The position numbers were made by a program, and so were the translations under genes. The notes under the pieces were generated by a model. The model had not been told where the DNA came from. It searched no databases and worked only from the letters and a program-made list of their open reading frames with translations. 64,000 nucleotides of DNA from Marsupella aquatica (taxonomy: Eukaryota; Plantae; Marchantiophyta), in NCBI GenBank assembly GCA_973895155.1, contig OZ316891.1, positions 22,147,168 to 22,211,167 of the forward strand, read 5' to 3'. Shown one piece after another: positions 35,846 through 48,590 of this stretch (positions are counted from its first letter, which is position 1; each line of letters opens with the position of its first letter).

Positions 35846-37064
35846 TTACAGCTTCAAGATTTGCTGTCACGAATGTCTGTATTAATAATTAGCCTGTAGC
35901 TTCTTGATGGACTAAATGTACTCCAACTACCTTTGGGATTTTGGGGGGACAAATGAAGATGGTTTAGAGGAGGGAGGATTTGATGTCATGAATGTCTGTA
36001 CTATGTAGCATTTAGCCTGTAGCTTCTTGCCGGCCTAAATGCAGTCCAATCACTTTAGGATTTGACGGGGACAAAACGACGATGTACTTGAGACTGAAAG
36101 ATTGATGTCGAAATTGTAAGTCGAGTATTGCTTCTTGATGGACAAAGCCTGCGGCCGCTGTTGAGCAGAAGTGGTTGCTTGACAGAGCCCATACAAGACT
36201 TGCACGCCAGCTGATTGACTGTCGAATTGTTATGCACGTTCTGGTGGCAACAATATATTTTTTGGACTTTGCCAGAAGCTGGGAGTTTTTTTTCCAAGTC
36301 TCCAGTTGGCATTTCTTACAATTATGAATAGTGAGGCCCGTAAATGGTTCTCCCTGTTCCTACGAGCCTATCACTTGCCGTTCACCCAAAACGGGAAAGG
36401 GCCAGGTGTGAATGGCCTACACACAACCACCAGAAGCATTGAACAGAAAATGTCCACCATCAAGGTTAATTTACGATAATCGAGGTGCTCCATCACGCAA
36501 AATCATCCAGCTGAAAGCCTTTCCGGAAACCCTCGTATCATTAAAGCTCAAATCGCAAATACTACAGAAGGCCATCTTTGGAAGGTCATCTTTGGAAGCC
36601 AGTTTTTCAAAAGTGTGGGTACATTTGCAAGGGCTGTATCTTGACATCCTGCAGGATGAAGTGTAATTCGACAAGTCATTCACAACTGGTGCGTTGGACT
36701 TCAAACTCTTCGCTCCCGCACAGACAGGATCTCCGACTAATATCCTCGAGACTGTACAAAGATAACTCCATACGCTTCCAATTATTCTCATAGAATGACT
36801 AGTGGCCAGAGAGTGGTGAAGGGTATTCGTGTAATAAGGAGAGTATGAGAGTCCCACCACCGATGAACATTTGACAACACAACACTACCTAAGGTCCTAC
36901 CATCCCAGTACTGAATGTAATTCAGATGCTTGCATAGTAGCATCCAAACAAGACAGAAAACAGGGGGAAGGTTACCCCAGTGTCTTACATAGTAATTTGG
37001 AGCCTTTGCATATGGAACATTAACGAATGTTGTATACAATTTTATGGACAGTTCTTGCCAGTGA

Positions 37065-39821
37065 TTACTTTTTCCTACCACCACGTTCTCTAAGTCCTAA
37101 TGTTAAGGTTTCCCCAGGCCCAATATTATAATGTGCCAAGGACAGGTTGTCCTTGAGAAAGAGTAAGTGACTATTGAGCTTCTGCTTGTTGGCGGGCAGC
37201 GCGAGTTCATTGGCAATCTTCTCCTTCACATTCAAGATAGTTTCAGATAGACTTTGAATCGTAAGCTCCAGCGTTTGCCCTTTAAGGTTGCCTTCACCTT
37301 CAACAGCTGGTACTGATACTGTAATGCGGACTGGTCCCTGTTGAAACACCGATCGGGAAAAACATTAGACTTGCAGAAAACTATCAGAATCATCCCAAGG
37401 TTATGACTAGAACTATGAAGACGATAGTACGTGTCCCTTATCATCCACCGAGAAGGATATATCGAAAGGAAAATTCCAGACGCGCAAGAATGATTATGTT
37501 CTTAAACCAATTACCACAAGGGTTGAAAGAAAATCACTAACGCACAAAAAACAAATCAACTGACGAGAGAAAACAACACATTAACCAAGTACTACGCAGA
37601 AATTAAGTCATGCACTGGATCCGAAACATGGACAAGCACAGAAACGAACCGGATGCTGGGCAAGGAATTGATCTTCCGGAATGAGTTGCACTTCGTCCAT
37701 CTTTTGCCTCTTCGGCTCTGGTTCCTCTGGTGGTGGGGGAGGCATCTCTTCTGGTGGAGGAGGTGGCGGCAAGGCTGAAGGTGGCGGTGGTGGAGGGGGA
37801 GCCATTGGCATTGCAGGGGGCATGACAGGAGGAAAGGGTCGCGGTGGAGGTGGATATTGAGGCACTCCTGCAGGTGGAGGAACCATGGGAGGAGGGGGAA
37901 GGGGTGCTGCAGGTGGCCTGACCAGTAAAGGATTTTGGGGGGCAGGAGGAGCAGCAGGAGGGGGTGGGCGCATAGGAGGGGTTGGAGTTGGGAGAATGGC
38001 TGGTCTCTGAGCAATGGGCGGGGCAGGGGGAGCAGTCGTTGCGGTTGATGTTGAGGGTGGAAGATGCTGGGTTCTGGGAATGTTTGGAGCTAATCCAGGA
38101 GGAGGGGGGAGGGGTCGTTGAGGTGGGGGAGCCAGCTTTGGACCAGGTGGTGCAGCAGGACCTGGAAGAGGGCGACCATCAACGGTAAGATTGGCTTTCT
38201 CCCTGTGGATTGCAGCAATCTGTTCTTCCAAAGTCATCGTCTGCGCCATGGCTTGGTTCGCAGTTCTGCTGATACTCCCAGTGTGCCCATCCCATATGAC
38301 CTGCTTGGGTTCCTCGTTCTTCTTCTCTATTTCTGCCTTGACAGCATTGGACACCTCTTCTTCAGTGGTTCCAAAAATATCAGGTCTCGTCCGAGCCAGA
38401 CCCACAATGTTCCGTGAAATTTCATCATCAGTGGCCAGTGTTGTCTCCCGAAGTTTGGCCATCATTCTCTCCTTCTGTTCCTTATATTTAGGGTCAATGA
38501 GGGAAATCCTCATGTGCTCGGCCATCTCATTTATCTGAATTAGCTCGCCGGTAATAGGTGAAACCACAAACTTCGTGGGATCCTTCTCTACAGGAACCCT
38601 GTCCTCCGGCCTTCTCCAGTTCTTCACAATTCTCATCGGAGGGTCTACTTCGTCCATGGGCTGCTCCGTAGAATCATCGCCGTTTGCCGAATCCTGGAGG
38701 CTGGTAGCCTTCATGCTCTCCTCCACAAGGTCCATCTCCTCTTCGTCCATTTCCATCTCCACTTCCCTGCCAGCCTGGGCAATTTCCTCTTCATTCTCGT
38801 CAGTTGCCAGAGCCTTGCTTCTTCGTATCACGTCCTCCAATGTCATGGGCTGAGGCAGCTCATCATCTTCCTCTTCGGCAAACTCGATGGTTTCCACTAC
38901 CACGAAGTCATGCCAGTCAATCAGAGCCATCTGCATCCTTTCCTGTTCGATCTCATCCTCAGCCTTCTGCCTCGCCCTCTCCTGCGACCTCTCCCACTCC
39001 AGTCTCTGTAAACATCTTTCTAGAACTACGGTCTTACTCGAAGCGTCCCTCTTCATCCTATCCTGAAGCCCCTTCGGAGGCATGAGAACCTTCGAGTACG
39101 CATCAGCCAATGCTGTGAAAAAGCTGAACATGCTGTGCGTTGGCTTCAAGAAGTAGAATTGTGGGCTGTTGTGCTCTCTATTCGTGAGCCCATTGAGGAA
39201 ATTCTTGCCATTCCGAGCAACGAATTGCGCTGTCAGCTTGATTATATCCAAGTCCAGCGACGTTAAACCCTCCGGTAGCCTCACAGTATATTGCTCCGGT
39301 TCTGGTGGATCCAAAACCTTAGTCACAGGTTTGGTCTCTATGTTGTCGGCTTTGGTTACTTCCACTTCCTTCGGGACAGCAGCTGCGCCACCTTCCTGCG
39401 CTGGGGGTGCTGGAGAAGCAGCAGCAGCAGAGGCCACGCCGGGAGTCTGAGCTGGAGCCTGTAGCTGCGTCCTGAACTCCGTCACTCTGTGCTGATAGTA
39501 AGCATGGTAAGGGTCGTCGGACTTGAGAAAGTTGAACTTCACGTTTCCCTTCTCGTTGGCAAGAATACGTTTTTCAAACTCCGGTCCATTCCGAGCCACG
39601 AACTGCGCTGTTTTGTCCACAATACTACGGACATCAGGCGGGGGATGGATCATCCCAATTGTTCTCGTCTGCGTGGCCACGGACGCCGGCTTGACCTTCT
39701 CTGCATTGTCAACCTCGAGTGCTTCTGCCTCCTCTGGCAGCAGCTGGGAAGTGGGAAGCGGCCCCACTATCCCACCGGGCGGAGGTGCAGGCAGCGCCAA
39801 CACCTCCCCTAGTCCTGGCAT
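37065..39821 (-). CDS. SF3A1: Splicing factor 3A subunit 1 (SAP114/PRP21), 2 exons, ~814 aa
   Basis: Two SURP/SWAP domains (IVDKTAQFVARNG; IIKLTAQFVARNG), IDWHDFVVVETI, EHMRISLIDP, a Pro-rich region and a C-terminal ubiquitin-like domain ending RERGGRKK. Exons 39821-37650 and 37337-37065. Confidence 0.96.
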
Positions 39822-40994
39822 CGTGAATTCTCACTCTTGCACCGCTAAACCCTAAACTCCACTTCGTCTTGTGCTTCGAAAATCGTCGTCCCGTCTCCTC
39901 CTCGCCCAATTCGTCTTTCTTCCTCGGAATCGTCCAGTTTTGCGACGTTCATAAAGTACTGATGCGTGATGCAGATACCAATCCAAGGCAAACAAAAAAA
40001 CAGAAATCGTCAAGACGCTGCAACCCAAATGTATGCACTTTCGACTTTGATCGCAAAAAACTCTATTGACTACTAAACTATCGCCGTCCCTCCAAATTCT
40101 GGTCCCAAGATGAATTCAATGGACACACGGGAACAAGGAGAGGGGTATTAGCTACGACCATGATTGCCAAATAATAGATCATTCAACTCGTCAGATTTAG
40201 TGATCACTCGGGAACTTCAAGCAGTTCATTGGAACAATAGTTGAGCTTAATACGGAAAGACGGTGATGAACACACGAGAAAAGCAACCACTTCTCTTGGT
40301 AAGCGATATCCTATTATCCGTAATTTGATTTTTTTTCCGGAGACGTACTGTTATTGTCTATCTACATTAGTGCCTTGTCAATCTCCGTCAGCCAAAGCTC
40401 GCTCTTTCTTCCTCATCGTCACCAGAAATGCCTTCCAATGGCCGTCCCTTCATTTCAGGAGTGAAAACAAGCGTACCAACAAAACCCCATGCGAGCGCAT
40501 CTTGCGAGCAGTAGTAAAGAGCATTTGCATCCAATAAAGCCCATTCGCTAACAAGGCAAGCTCCTGCTGCGTGATCAGAGTGGAAACCGAGAGAGTACTC
40601 ACAATGGCACAGGATTTCCGGCTGCAGACGCAATTCCGTGGCAGGAGCTATGAAGGCGGTGGAGGTGGCATTAGGTCAGAAATTGGAGAAGACGAAAATC
40701 GAGGCGGACAGGATACCGAAATCGATGTGGTTTCCGCCATCGCCAAACTTGTTCGGATCAGAGGTAGGCTCCTTCATCTTCTTTTCTTCTTTTCTACTTT
40801 TCTTCTTGCTTGCTTGCTGTGCGCCGTCTTCCCGATCCGCTTCTTCGCAACTCTATTCCACCGCAACTGAAGACAAAGAGCACCGAAAATGAAGAAACTG
40901 CATCCCTTGCTTGCTTTCTTCCTTGTTTCTTTCCTTCCTTGTTTCTTTCCTTCCTCCTGTCCCTCTCCACACCTCCATCCGGGCTCCAGCCCAC

Positions 40995-41865
40995 GTATAG
41001 CCAGGGTTTATTAGGGGTCATAGGAACGGTACCGCTAGTGCGCCATGAAGAAGGGGAAGTGAGCCCATTATAAGGGCGTCTCAAAACCTTTATTGTATAG
41101 CCAGGACTCCCCCCGGCCCATTATTGTATAGCCAGGGTTTAGGGGTCATTGTTGGAACGGTACCACTAGTGGGCCATAAAGAAGGGAAGTGAAGGGAAGT
41201 GAGCCCATTATAAGGGAGTCTCAAACCTTGAGGTATGCAGAACAAAACCTGTCCCTGAACTACCAGTCTTGGTCTAAGGTGACGGGTGTGGGAACAAGCA
41301 TTTTTGGGTCCACCACTTTTTCCCCCATAAAACTCTCTTGACTGTGGCAGGAGGCCAAACAAAGAAGATTGAGAGGCCCTCTTGTATAGCCAGGGTTTAG
41401 GGGTCATTGGAATGGTACCACTAGTGGGCCATATGTAAGGGGAAGTGTCCAATGTTGAGCAAAGACGACATCTAGAACGGCAAGCCCATAAATATCCAAC
41501 GCATAAGTAGTCGACACAGAGAGATACTATGTGGTTCACCTCAACTGAGGCTACCTCCATGGAACACGCAAGAGTTTTATTGCACTCTAGGCCCTACCTA
41601 GTCTCCGCAATACAATATCTCTTTTTCTCTCAACTGACTCAATAACATTGAGTCTGAGATCCTCCTATCCAAACAAGCACCTTTAGGGATATAGTGTGCA
41701 ACTTAGTTAACCTAATCTAGTCTCCGACTAAAGTCAGCCTAACAATCGTAACCGTAGACTTAAGAGTAAATGTCTACCATCCAAGACTACCCGTTATTAT
41801 TGTATAGCCAGGGTTTAGGGGTAATTGGAATGGACTATTGGGACATATATAAGGTGAAGTGTCCA
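40995..41865. repeat. Local repeat family GTATAGCCAGGGTTTAGGGGTCATTGGAA.GGTACCACTAGTGGGCCAT, 4-5 copies
   Basis: Copies at ~40995, 41126, 41384 and 41803; the array is interrupted by a solo LTR. Confidence 0.8.
41453..41779. mobile_element. Solo LTR (327 bp)
   Basis: Begins TGTTGA and ends CA; flanked by the 5-bp direct repeat TCCAA (41448-41452, 41780-41784); similar in layout to 50231-50533. Confidence 0.75.
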
Positions 41866-43275
41866 GGCAATACTTCCTGTTTTTTTCACATTCCACTCAC
41901 TTCCTTCCTCTCTAAAGTGCCACTCTCCTCAAAATTTTAGTGGAAAATATGTAATGCAATTTAAATTCACGCACTTGAAGTGAGAAAAGTTTCTAAAATG
42001 TGTGTCCGTTCAAAGGGCATCCACTTGCCATAAATTCATTTTGGGGGCCTCAATTCTCCCTCAATAAATTCCTTTTGGGTGCAGTGTTTGCAATTTTATT
42101 TTGTTTTGTTTTTTAAATGTTTTTGCACCAAAAAACCAGAAGGCCAAGGGCTGGAACCCACAACACAGGGCCCAGGGGACGAAAGCCACCCCGGACACAC
42201 CAAAGGCCAAAGGCCAGACCCAACCAAAGGACCTAATCAGGCCACGAGACCTGAGTCAGCCACCAGAAAATAGCTGACTTCAATTCTTCTCTACTCTTAC
42301 AACGCTGCCTATCTCTAATGTATTCCATGCGGGTTCTCTGATACTGGCTTGTCGGTTAATAGTGCACATCCTGTCATGGTATGTGCCGTAGCCATTCATC
42401 GTGCAAGCCTCACCGTGAAGTCCCCACGCCTTGAAATAGCTGCACATTTGTAACAACCGGCTTGTCACCCCGTAAAAACAATCTCTCTTTAGTTGCATGC
42501 GTCTTCCAGGTAAGAGTTAATAACAATTGGGCTTTCAATCTCTTCCATGGGTCAAAATGTATTCATGTGTCAATTGTGAGGGGTTTAGGGTTGTTGCCGC
42601 TACTTAACAATCATCACTCTTTGATTCTTTGTGTTGCGGGAGGGAAGCACTCAGGTTTTGTTGATGCTTCGGCTTTTGTCAATGTTCGATGCTTAGGTTC
42701 TTTTATACCTTCAAGTTGTTGGTTGAAGCCCAGTGCCTAGTGCCTAGTGACAGAAAACAAGTGCCCAATAGCCAGGGATGGAAAAAGTGTTCATGGAAGT
42801 ACCAAAATTGTAATGACCGCACATGTCCTTCAAACTGATAGTCGCAGATAAAAAATGTTGAGAAAACCCTGTGTGGAGCACGTGAAAGTAAGCCCTGTGA
42901 CTACCCCGTGGGACAATAAAAATTCAAATTCAAATACATAATCCACATTGTCTTCACTTCGCAACTTGTTTAGATCAGCCGTTCAAATCCGAAGACATTA
43001 TAAACTATAATACACTCTTGCGCCCTTTTTGTCGTGGTCGTCATTCAAAAATGCAGTGCCCAGAAAAAGGTAATCAATAAACAAACGGGATAAAACCAAA
43101 AGCAAATTAAATATAGTGGACCAAAAGTACACTAAATATTTTCACACAAAAGGGAATCAAATGGTGGAAACAAAAGACAAAAAATGGAAACTAACCCTCT
43201 TGAATGCAGGAGTATCAAGGAGAAACCTGATAGTACCATCATAGACACAGTCACAAGAAAATAACATAGAGTATA

Positions 43276-46254
43276 GAAAGATATACTTAGTGGACCTCCA
43301 AACACAATTTTTTCTCTTAATGGACCAAAAGTTGCACACGCTCTCCCAATGGACCCAAACGTTTAGATTCCGTCCCAATGGACCTTCGGGCCTACTCCAT
43401 ACAAGTATGTTCTTCTGAAACACCTTACCACACAGTTCAGGTCCAATGCGTACCCTGTGGACACTGTGGTTAGTCATGTGTAGTAGGCCATCGACAACGT
43501 TGTAGTGCACAAGCGACGTAGCCCTAGCCTCAATCGAGCGTCGTATTGCTGCAGCACCAACCTATTTCTTTAATACAATATGGCTATTGTATTCAAAACT
43601 ACAATTGATCGACTGAGTTTGCGGTGACATTAGAGCACACAAGTGCCTTTGTGCCCCGGCCTCAAAGTATTTCAAAATACATTGTCACTTTAGTGTTCAA
43701 GATACAAAGGAAATAGTTTACAACTGCATTGAATGGAGCTTGCAAGCGCCATACCTCCCCCAACCTCCTTGCTTTATGAAGACATTGTCCATAATGTATA
43801 CAACTTTTAAAAGAATTTTCAAAATTCAAATGTGCCAGCCCTTTGTGGATCCCGTTCGGAACCTATTGTTTTATTGTCATTTGGTTTGTTTCTTGACATT
43901 TTCTTGTGTTGCTGGTTCCTGCTCCTGTTGCAGCTGGTTCTCGCTCATATTCCCGCTCATGTTCTTGCTCGTGTTCCTGCTATGTCAACTCTTGAGGATG
44001 TGCATTGCAATGAAGGAGCAGCTAGACAACATCATTGGGCCAATCCCGGTATGTGTGTAATTTTGCCTCTGATTTCCTGTGGCCGAGAAAGTTCACTTAC
44101 AGAGGTTGTAGACATGGGATTGGTGGTGGTTTGGTTTGTTGGAAGTCCATTGAAGCAGCGAAGTAGTGCAACCACGACCCATTGCTGGACGGGAACAATT
44201 GTCATTTGTATAGCCTGTTCCAAAATTTCATGGTTGATGTGTATGAGAACATTGGGCCATTCAAGGCCACAATCTTTCAAGTTGCACAAAAGCTTGTGGA
44301 GATGAATGCTGACAAATTTGCAGAGTATGGTACGATTTGCCAGCTTGAGACAATGCTCAGATTGGTCCCATATTGTCTAATGTGGATTAAAGCAGGACAA
44401 CATTCTGCTGTTGTAAATAAGTTTGTTGTTGAGCATAGACATTGCCCTCCTAGTCGTGCCCCTGTGCAAACAAGAGTTGAGAAAGTGCATGATCAGCAAA
44501 AGCAATCTTGTGGATGTTGATGTCCTTATGCAGCAGTTGGAGGTGACTGCAACAATGACTTCAAAGTTTTGTTTGTCCACCATCAAATCTGCCAAAGAGA
44601 AATAATAGGGATTTTGTGCCATGAAGAATACATTTTGGTTGTTGTATTCTTGTTATTTCTTCAAGAGATTGGTGGTTTGGGACGATGATTTTGTGTCATT
44701 TAGCATTTTCCTGAGCCAATGATGAACAGTTTACATTTGAGGTGAATGTTGGGGGAGCCCTAGCATAATTTTGAAAATGTGTATATGTAATTGGTACTTT
44801 CTTATTGTGTTATGATCCTACAATGTTGTTTATGTAATCACTGAACTCTCTGTTATGTAACACATTGCAACGTACATTCTTTTGTATGTTGAGAATATTT
44901 AGATTCACACATATTTCTACACATGTGGTTATGTATTCTTTAAACTCTGTTTCATGTAACACGTCTTAAAATTTGTTTCATTCATGAGAATACATGTTGG
45001 AACATGATTCACAACTTGGGGAAGGTTATAGCCCTGTTTTGTCACCACTGTGTTCTTGATAATAAATATGAACTGATCAATATGCCCATGTCCGTGTGTA
45101 TTGTTGTTGGATTTAGTAAATAATATTCAATGTTGCTTGATTTCTTGCTCTCTTTGAAGACTATACACTTGCATGATCTCTTCCAAAAATGGATAGAGTA
45201 GACAAAAATGCACAAACCATGATTGGATGGTAAAAATGCCACACAATATATTCATTACTCACTGTGCAAAAATTGTATTCATGACTCCTCAGCCTACAAA
45301 TGGACAAAACCATTTTTACCTTGTATACATGGTGGACATCTATTGTATTCCAAGGGTGCACTTAAACAAAGTTATGACTCCCCTGCCTTACATACAGGCA
45401 CCAAGGCCTGCTCTAATGGACAAAACCAAATAATGTTGAACATAGAACGATGTATAGCTTGTATACAATATGCACGTTATATTCAGATTTCACACTTAGA
45501 AAAATTTCATTTCCTCCAACTTTACAAAGACGCCTCCCCCTCCCCCCCCCCCCCCCCCCCCGCATCAAAGCCTGCCCAAATGGACAAAATCTACCGTAAA
45601 CTATTCAACTTACATAGAAGTATGATTTGTGATGTATACACTTTGCGGGTTGTATTCAGATTTCCCACTTAGACTTTACAAAGACGCCCCCAGCTGAAGT
45701 CTGCCCAAATGGACAAAACCTATTGTATTCAACACAGAAGTATGATTTGTGATGTATACACTTTGCATGTTGTACTCAGATTTCACATTTAGAAAAAAAT
45801 TCATTAATTCCCTCCGACTTTATGAAGACGCCCCCCGCTGAAGCCTGCCCAAATGGACAAAATCTACAAATGAATATTCAACATAGAAGTATGATTTGTC
45901 ATGTATACACGTTGCACATTGTATTCGAATTTCACACTTATAATTATTTTTGTTTGTTTGACATTAGGTTGATGTTTGTATGCATTGTGGTCAATGTATA
46001 CATCGATTCACTTGGAACTGCGATCGTAGTCAACCGCATTCGGCGATGCAATTGAACACTGAAGAATAGTAGAACAAGCTGCGTTTTACAGTGACAATCT
46101 TGCGTCATAAGAACTGCACAGTGCATTAGAAGAACATCTCACACGAAATGGTACCTCGATCTGGTAGGCCCGGAGGTCCATTGGGAGAGCGTGTGCAACT
46201 TTTGGTCCATTAAGAACAAAAGTTGCATTTGGAGGTCCACTAAGTATATCTCTC
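43276..46254. mobile_element. Non-autonomous Mutator-like element (~2.98 kb)
   Basis: ~75-80 bp TIRs starting with G and ending with C (AGATATACTTAGTGGACCTCCAAA...GTTGCACACGCTCTCCCAATGGACC and its reverse complement at 46176-46254). Degenerate 10-bp TSD ATAGAGTATA / ATAGGGTACA. Confidence 0.85.
45405..45942. repeat. Four diverged 130-165 bp tandem units inside the MULE
   Basis: GCCTGCCCAAATGGACAAAA..ACATAGAAGTATGATTTGT.ATGTATACAC..GTATTCAGATTTCACACTTA at ~45405, 45570, 45700 and 45843. Confidence 0.8.
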
Positions 46255-46727
46255 ATAGGGTACATAATGTAATCATGAGTAAAAACTAATTGAGTAAAGT
46301 CAAGCACAATAACTTATTTGGTACAAGGAGAGGAAAAGTCACTATAATATCATATACTCTAGAAATGGTACATTTACAAACTCAAGAAAAAATGGGAACA
46401 AATCTTAAATCTTAGTTGAAAATTTGTTTTTCTGCAACCGCTGGATCCATCTATACCCCTATTAATCTCAATTACCTATGCCCAAGCTACTGGTAGCCTA
46501 CCCAAACTTAACAAAGATAACAAATTAATACAATAATAATAAAATACTAATGATTAAAATTAAGTTTTAAAGAATTGGATATTAGCCTTAAAAGTTTTGG
46601 AAAAACTTGAGTATAAATCAAATGTATACAATATTAATTTCTCTACACAATTAAAATTATATCATTCGGTTGTGCTTGCATTGGACTCTATGATGCTCTG
46701 ACAGTTATCTCACTTCTCCAATTTCAA

Positions 46728-48339
46728 TGTGCAATGCACAAGTTGTTGAACACAACCACAACAACTCTACCTTACTTTAACATCTTTTCCTCATCTTGCC
46801 TCACATTGACATCTTTATCTCGCCACAACAAATTTTTTCTCACCCTTGACATCTTTTAGGTCCTTGATTTTTGTTCCTCTCCTCAATATATTTCCTCACC
46901 TGACTCAACATCTTTTAGGTCCTTGATTTTTGTTTCTCTCCTCCATGTATTTTCTCACCTGACGCAACATCTTTTCCTCGCCTCCACATCTTTTCTCACA
47001 TCGACATCTTATCTTTTTCTCACCTTAACATGTTTATCTCACCACAACATCTTTCCCTTGCCCCCAACTCACATATTTTCTCTCCTCGACATCTTTTCCT
47101 CATCTTTACCTATTTTTTGCACATTGCCATGTTTTCTCTCCTCGACATCTTTTTTTCACCTTGACTTCTTTGCCTCACTCCAACATCTCTTTTTCTCATT
47201 GAGTTGACATCTGTTTTCACGTCGACATTTGAACTTTTCCTCACTTTCACATTTTTATCTCACCACAACATCTTTCTCTCATCTTCACATATTTTACTTA
47301 CATTGCCATCTTTTCTCCCCTGGACATATTTTTTGCTCGACTACTTTTTCTCATCAACATCTTTGTTCACCTCGACATCTTTTTCTCACCTCGACATTTT
47401 TCTCTCACTTCAACTTCTTTTTCTCACCACACCATCTTTTGTACAACTTTTGTCTTAATGAAATCTTTTTTACTTAACGATAACTTTTCTCTTAACGATA
47501 TCTTGGGTGCCACAACATCTTTTTCTTAACTATATCTTTTTTCTTAAGTACATCTAACTTGGGTGCCATGACATTTTTTTTCTTAACCACATCTTGGGTG
47601 ACATGACAATTTTTTTCTTAATGACACCTTGGGCAACACCACATCTTTTTTTCTTAACGGCATCTTGGCAACACAAAGAAAAATTCTTAACAACATCTGA
47701 CAAGGCATATTTTTTAGGTTAACGACATCTTGGGTGACAGGACATCTTTTTTCTGCACTGCATCTTTTGTGCAATGCACGGGTATTGAGCTATTAACTTC
47801 TGTAATAAAAGTGTTGCACTACTTTTTGAAGTGGTCGTCATTTAAATCTGGCGAGGATTTTTGAGTGAAAGAAAAAGGAATTGTGCAATGCACGGGGATT
47901 CTCCCCTCAACGTCTTCTCCCACCTTGATATCTTTATCTCACCACAACATCTTTCCCTCACCCTTGGCATCTTTTCTCTCCTCCACATCTTTTCTCACCT
48001 TGTCATATTTTCTCTTCTTGACATCTCTTTATCACCTTGACTTCTTTTCCTTATCTCAACATCTTTTTTTCTCATTAACATATTTTTCACCTCAACATCT
48101 GACCTTTTTGTCACCTTCACATTTTTATCTCACCACAACATCAGTCCCTCACCCGACATCTTTTCTCTCCTCAACATCTTTTCCTCATCAACTTTGTTCA
48201 CCTCGACATCTTCTCCTCACCTCGACATCTTTTGTGCATTTTTTGGCTTAACGATAGTTTTTTCTTAACAATGTCTTGGGCGACACGACATTTGTTTTGT
48301 TCACAACATCTTTTGTGTAACGTAGGGTATTGAGCTAGT
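46728..48339 (+). mobile_element. Non-autonomous Helitron-like repeats, two related units rich in ACATCTTT
   Basis: Both units end in Helitron-type 3' signatures: hairpin GTGCAATGCACGGG + TATTGAGCTATT (~47769-47794) and GTGTAACGTAGGG + TATTGAGCTAGT (~48315-48339). 5' ends not resolved. Confidence 0.55.
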
Positions 48340-48514
48340 CGAGGAGCTAGTAATCCATAGTGTCTTAACTTTGCAGTTTGGGTAGCCGCGATCGCTATTC
48401 TACAATTCCCCTAACCGCGTCCTCAAGCACATTGTTTGACAGTGCAATGTTGGGTGCAGGGTTGGACGGTGCAGTTGGTTATTGCATGAAGAAAAAGTGG
48501 TTAGAGTGACTGCT

Positions 48515-48590
48515 ACAAGAACAACTGACACAAAAGGGTAGAGGGGGACTATTAGGTGAAAAAGGTTTCATAGGGCCCATCAAGCATATA
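48515..48590. mobile_element. Fragment of the right end of the 53150-54396 TIR family
   Basis: AAGAACA.CTGACA..GGGGACTATTAGGT..GGGCCCATCAAGCATATA matches 54156-54400. Confidence 0.65.

Noticed and set aside
31359-39855. Plus-strand ORFs overlapping MRE11 and SF3A1
   Set aside because: Antisense shadows of real coding sequence.
46923-48251. Phe/Ser/Leu-rich ORFs
   Set aside because: Translations of pyrimidine-rich repeats.
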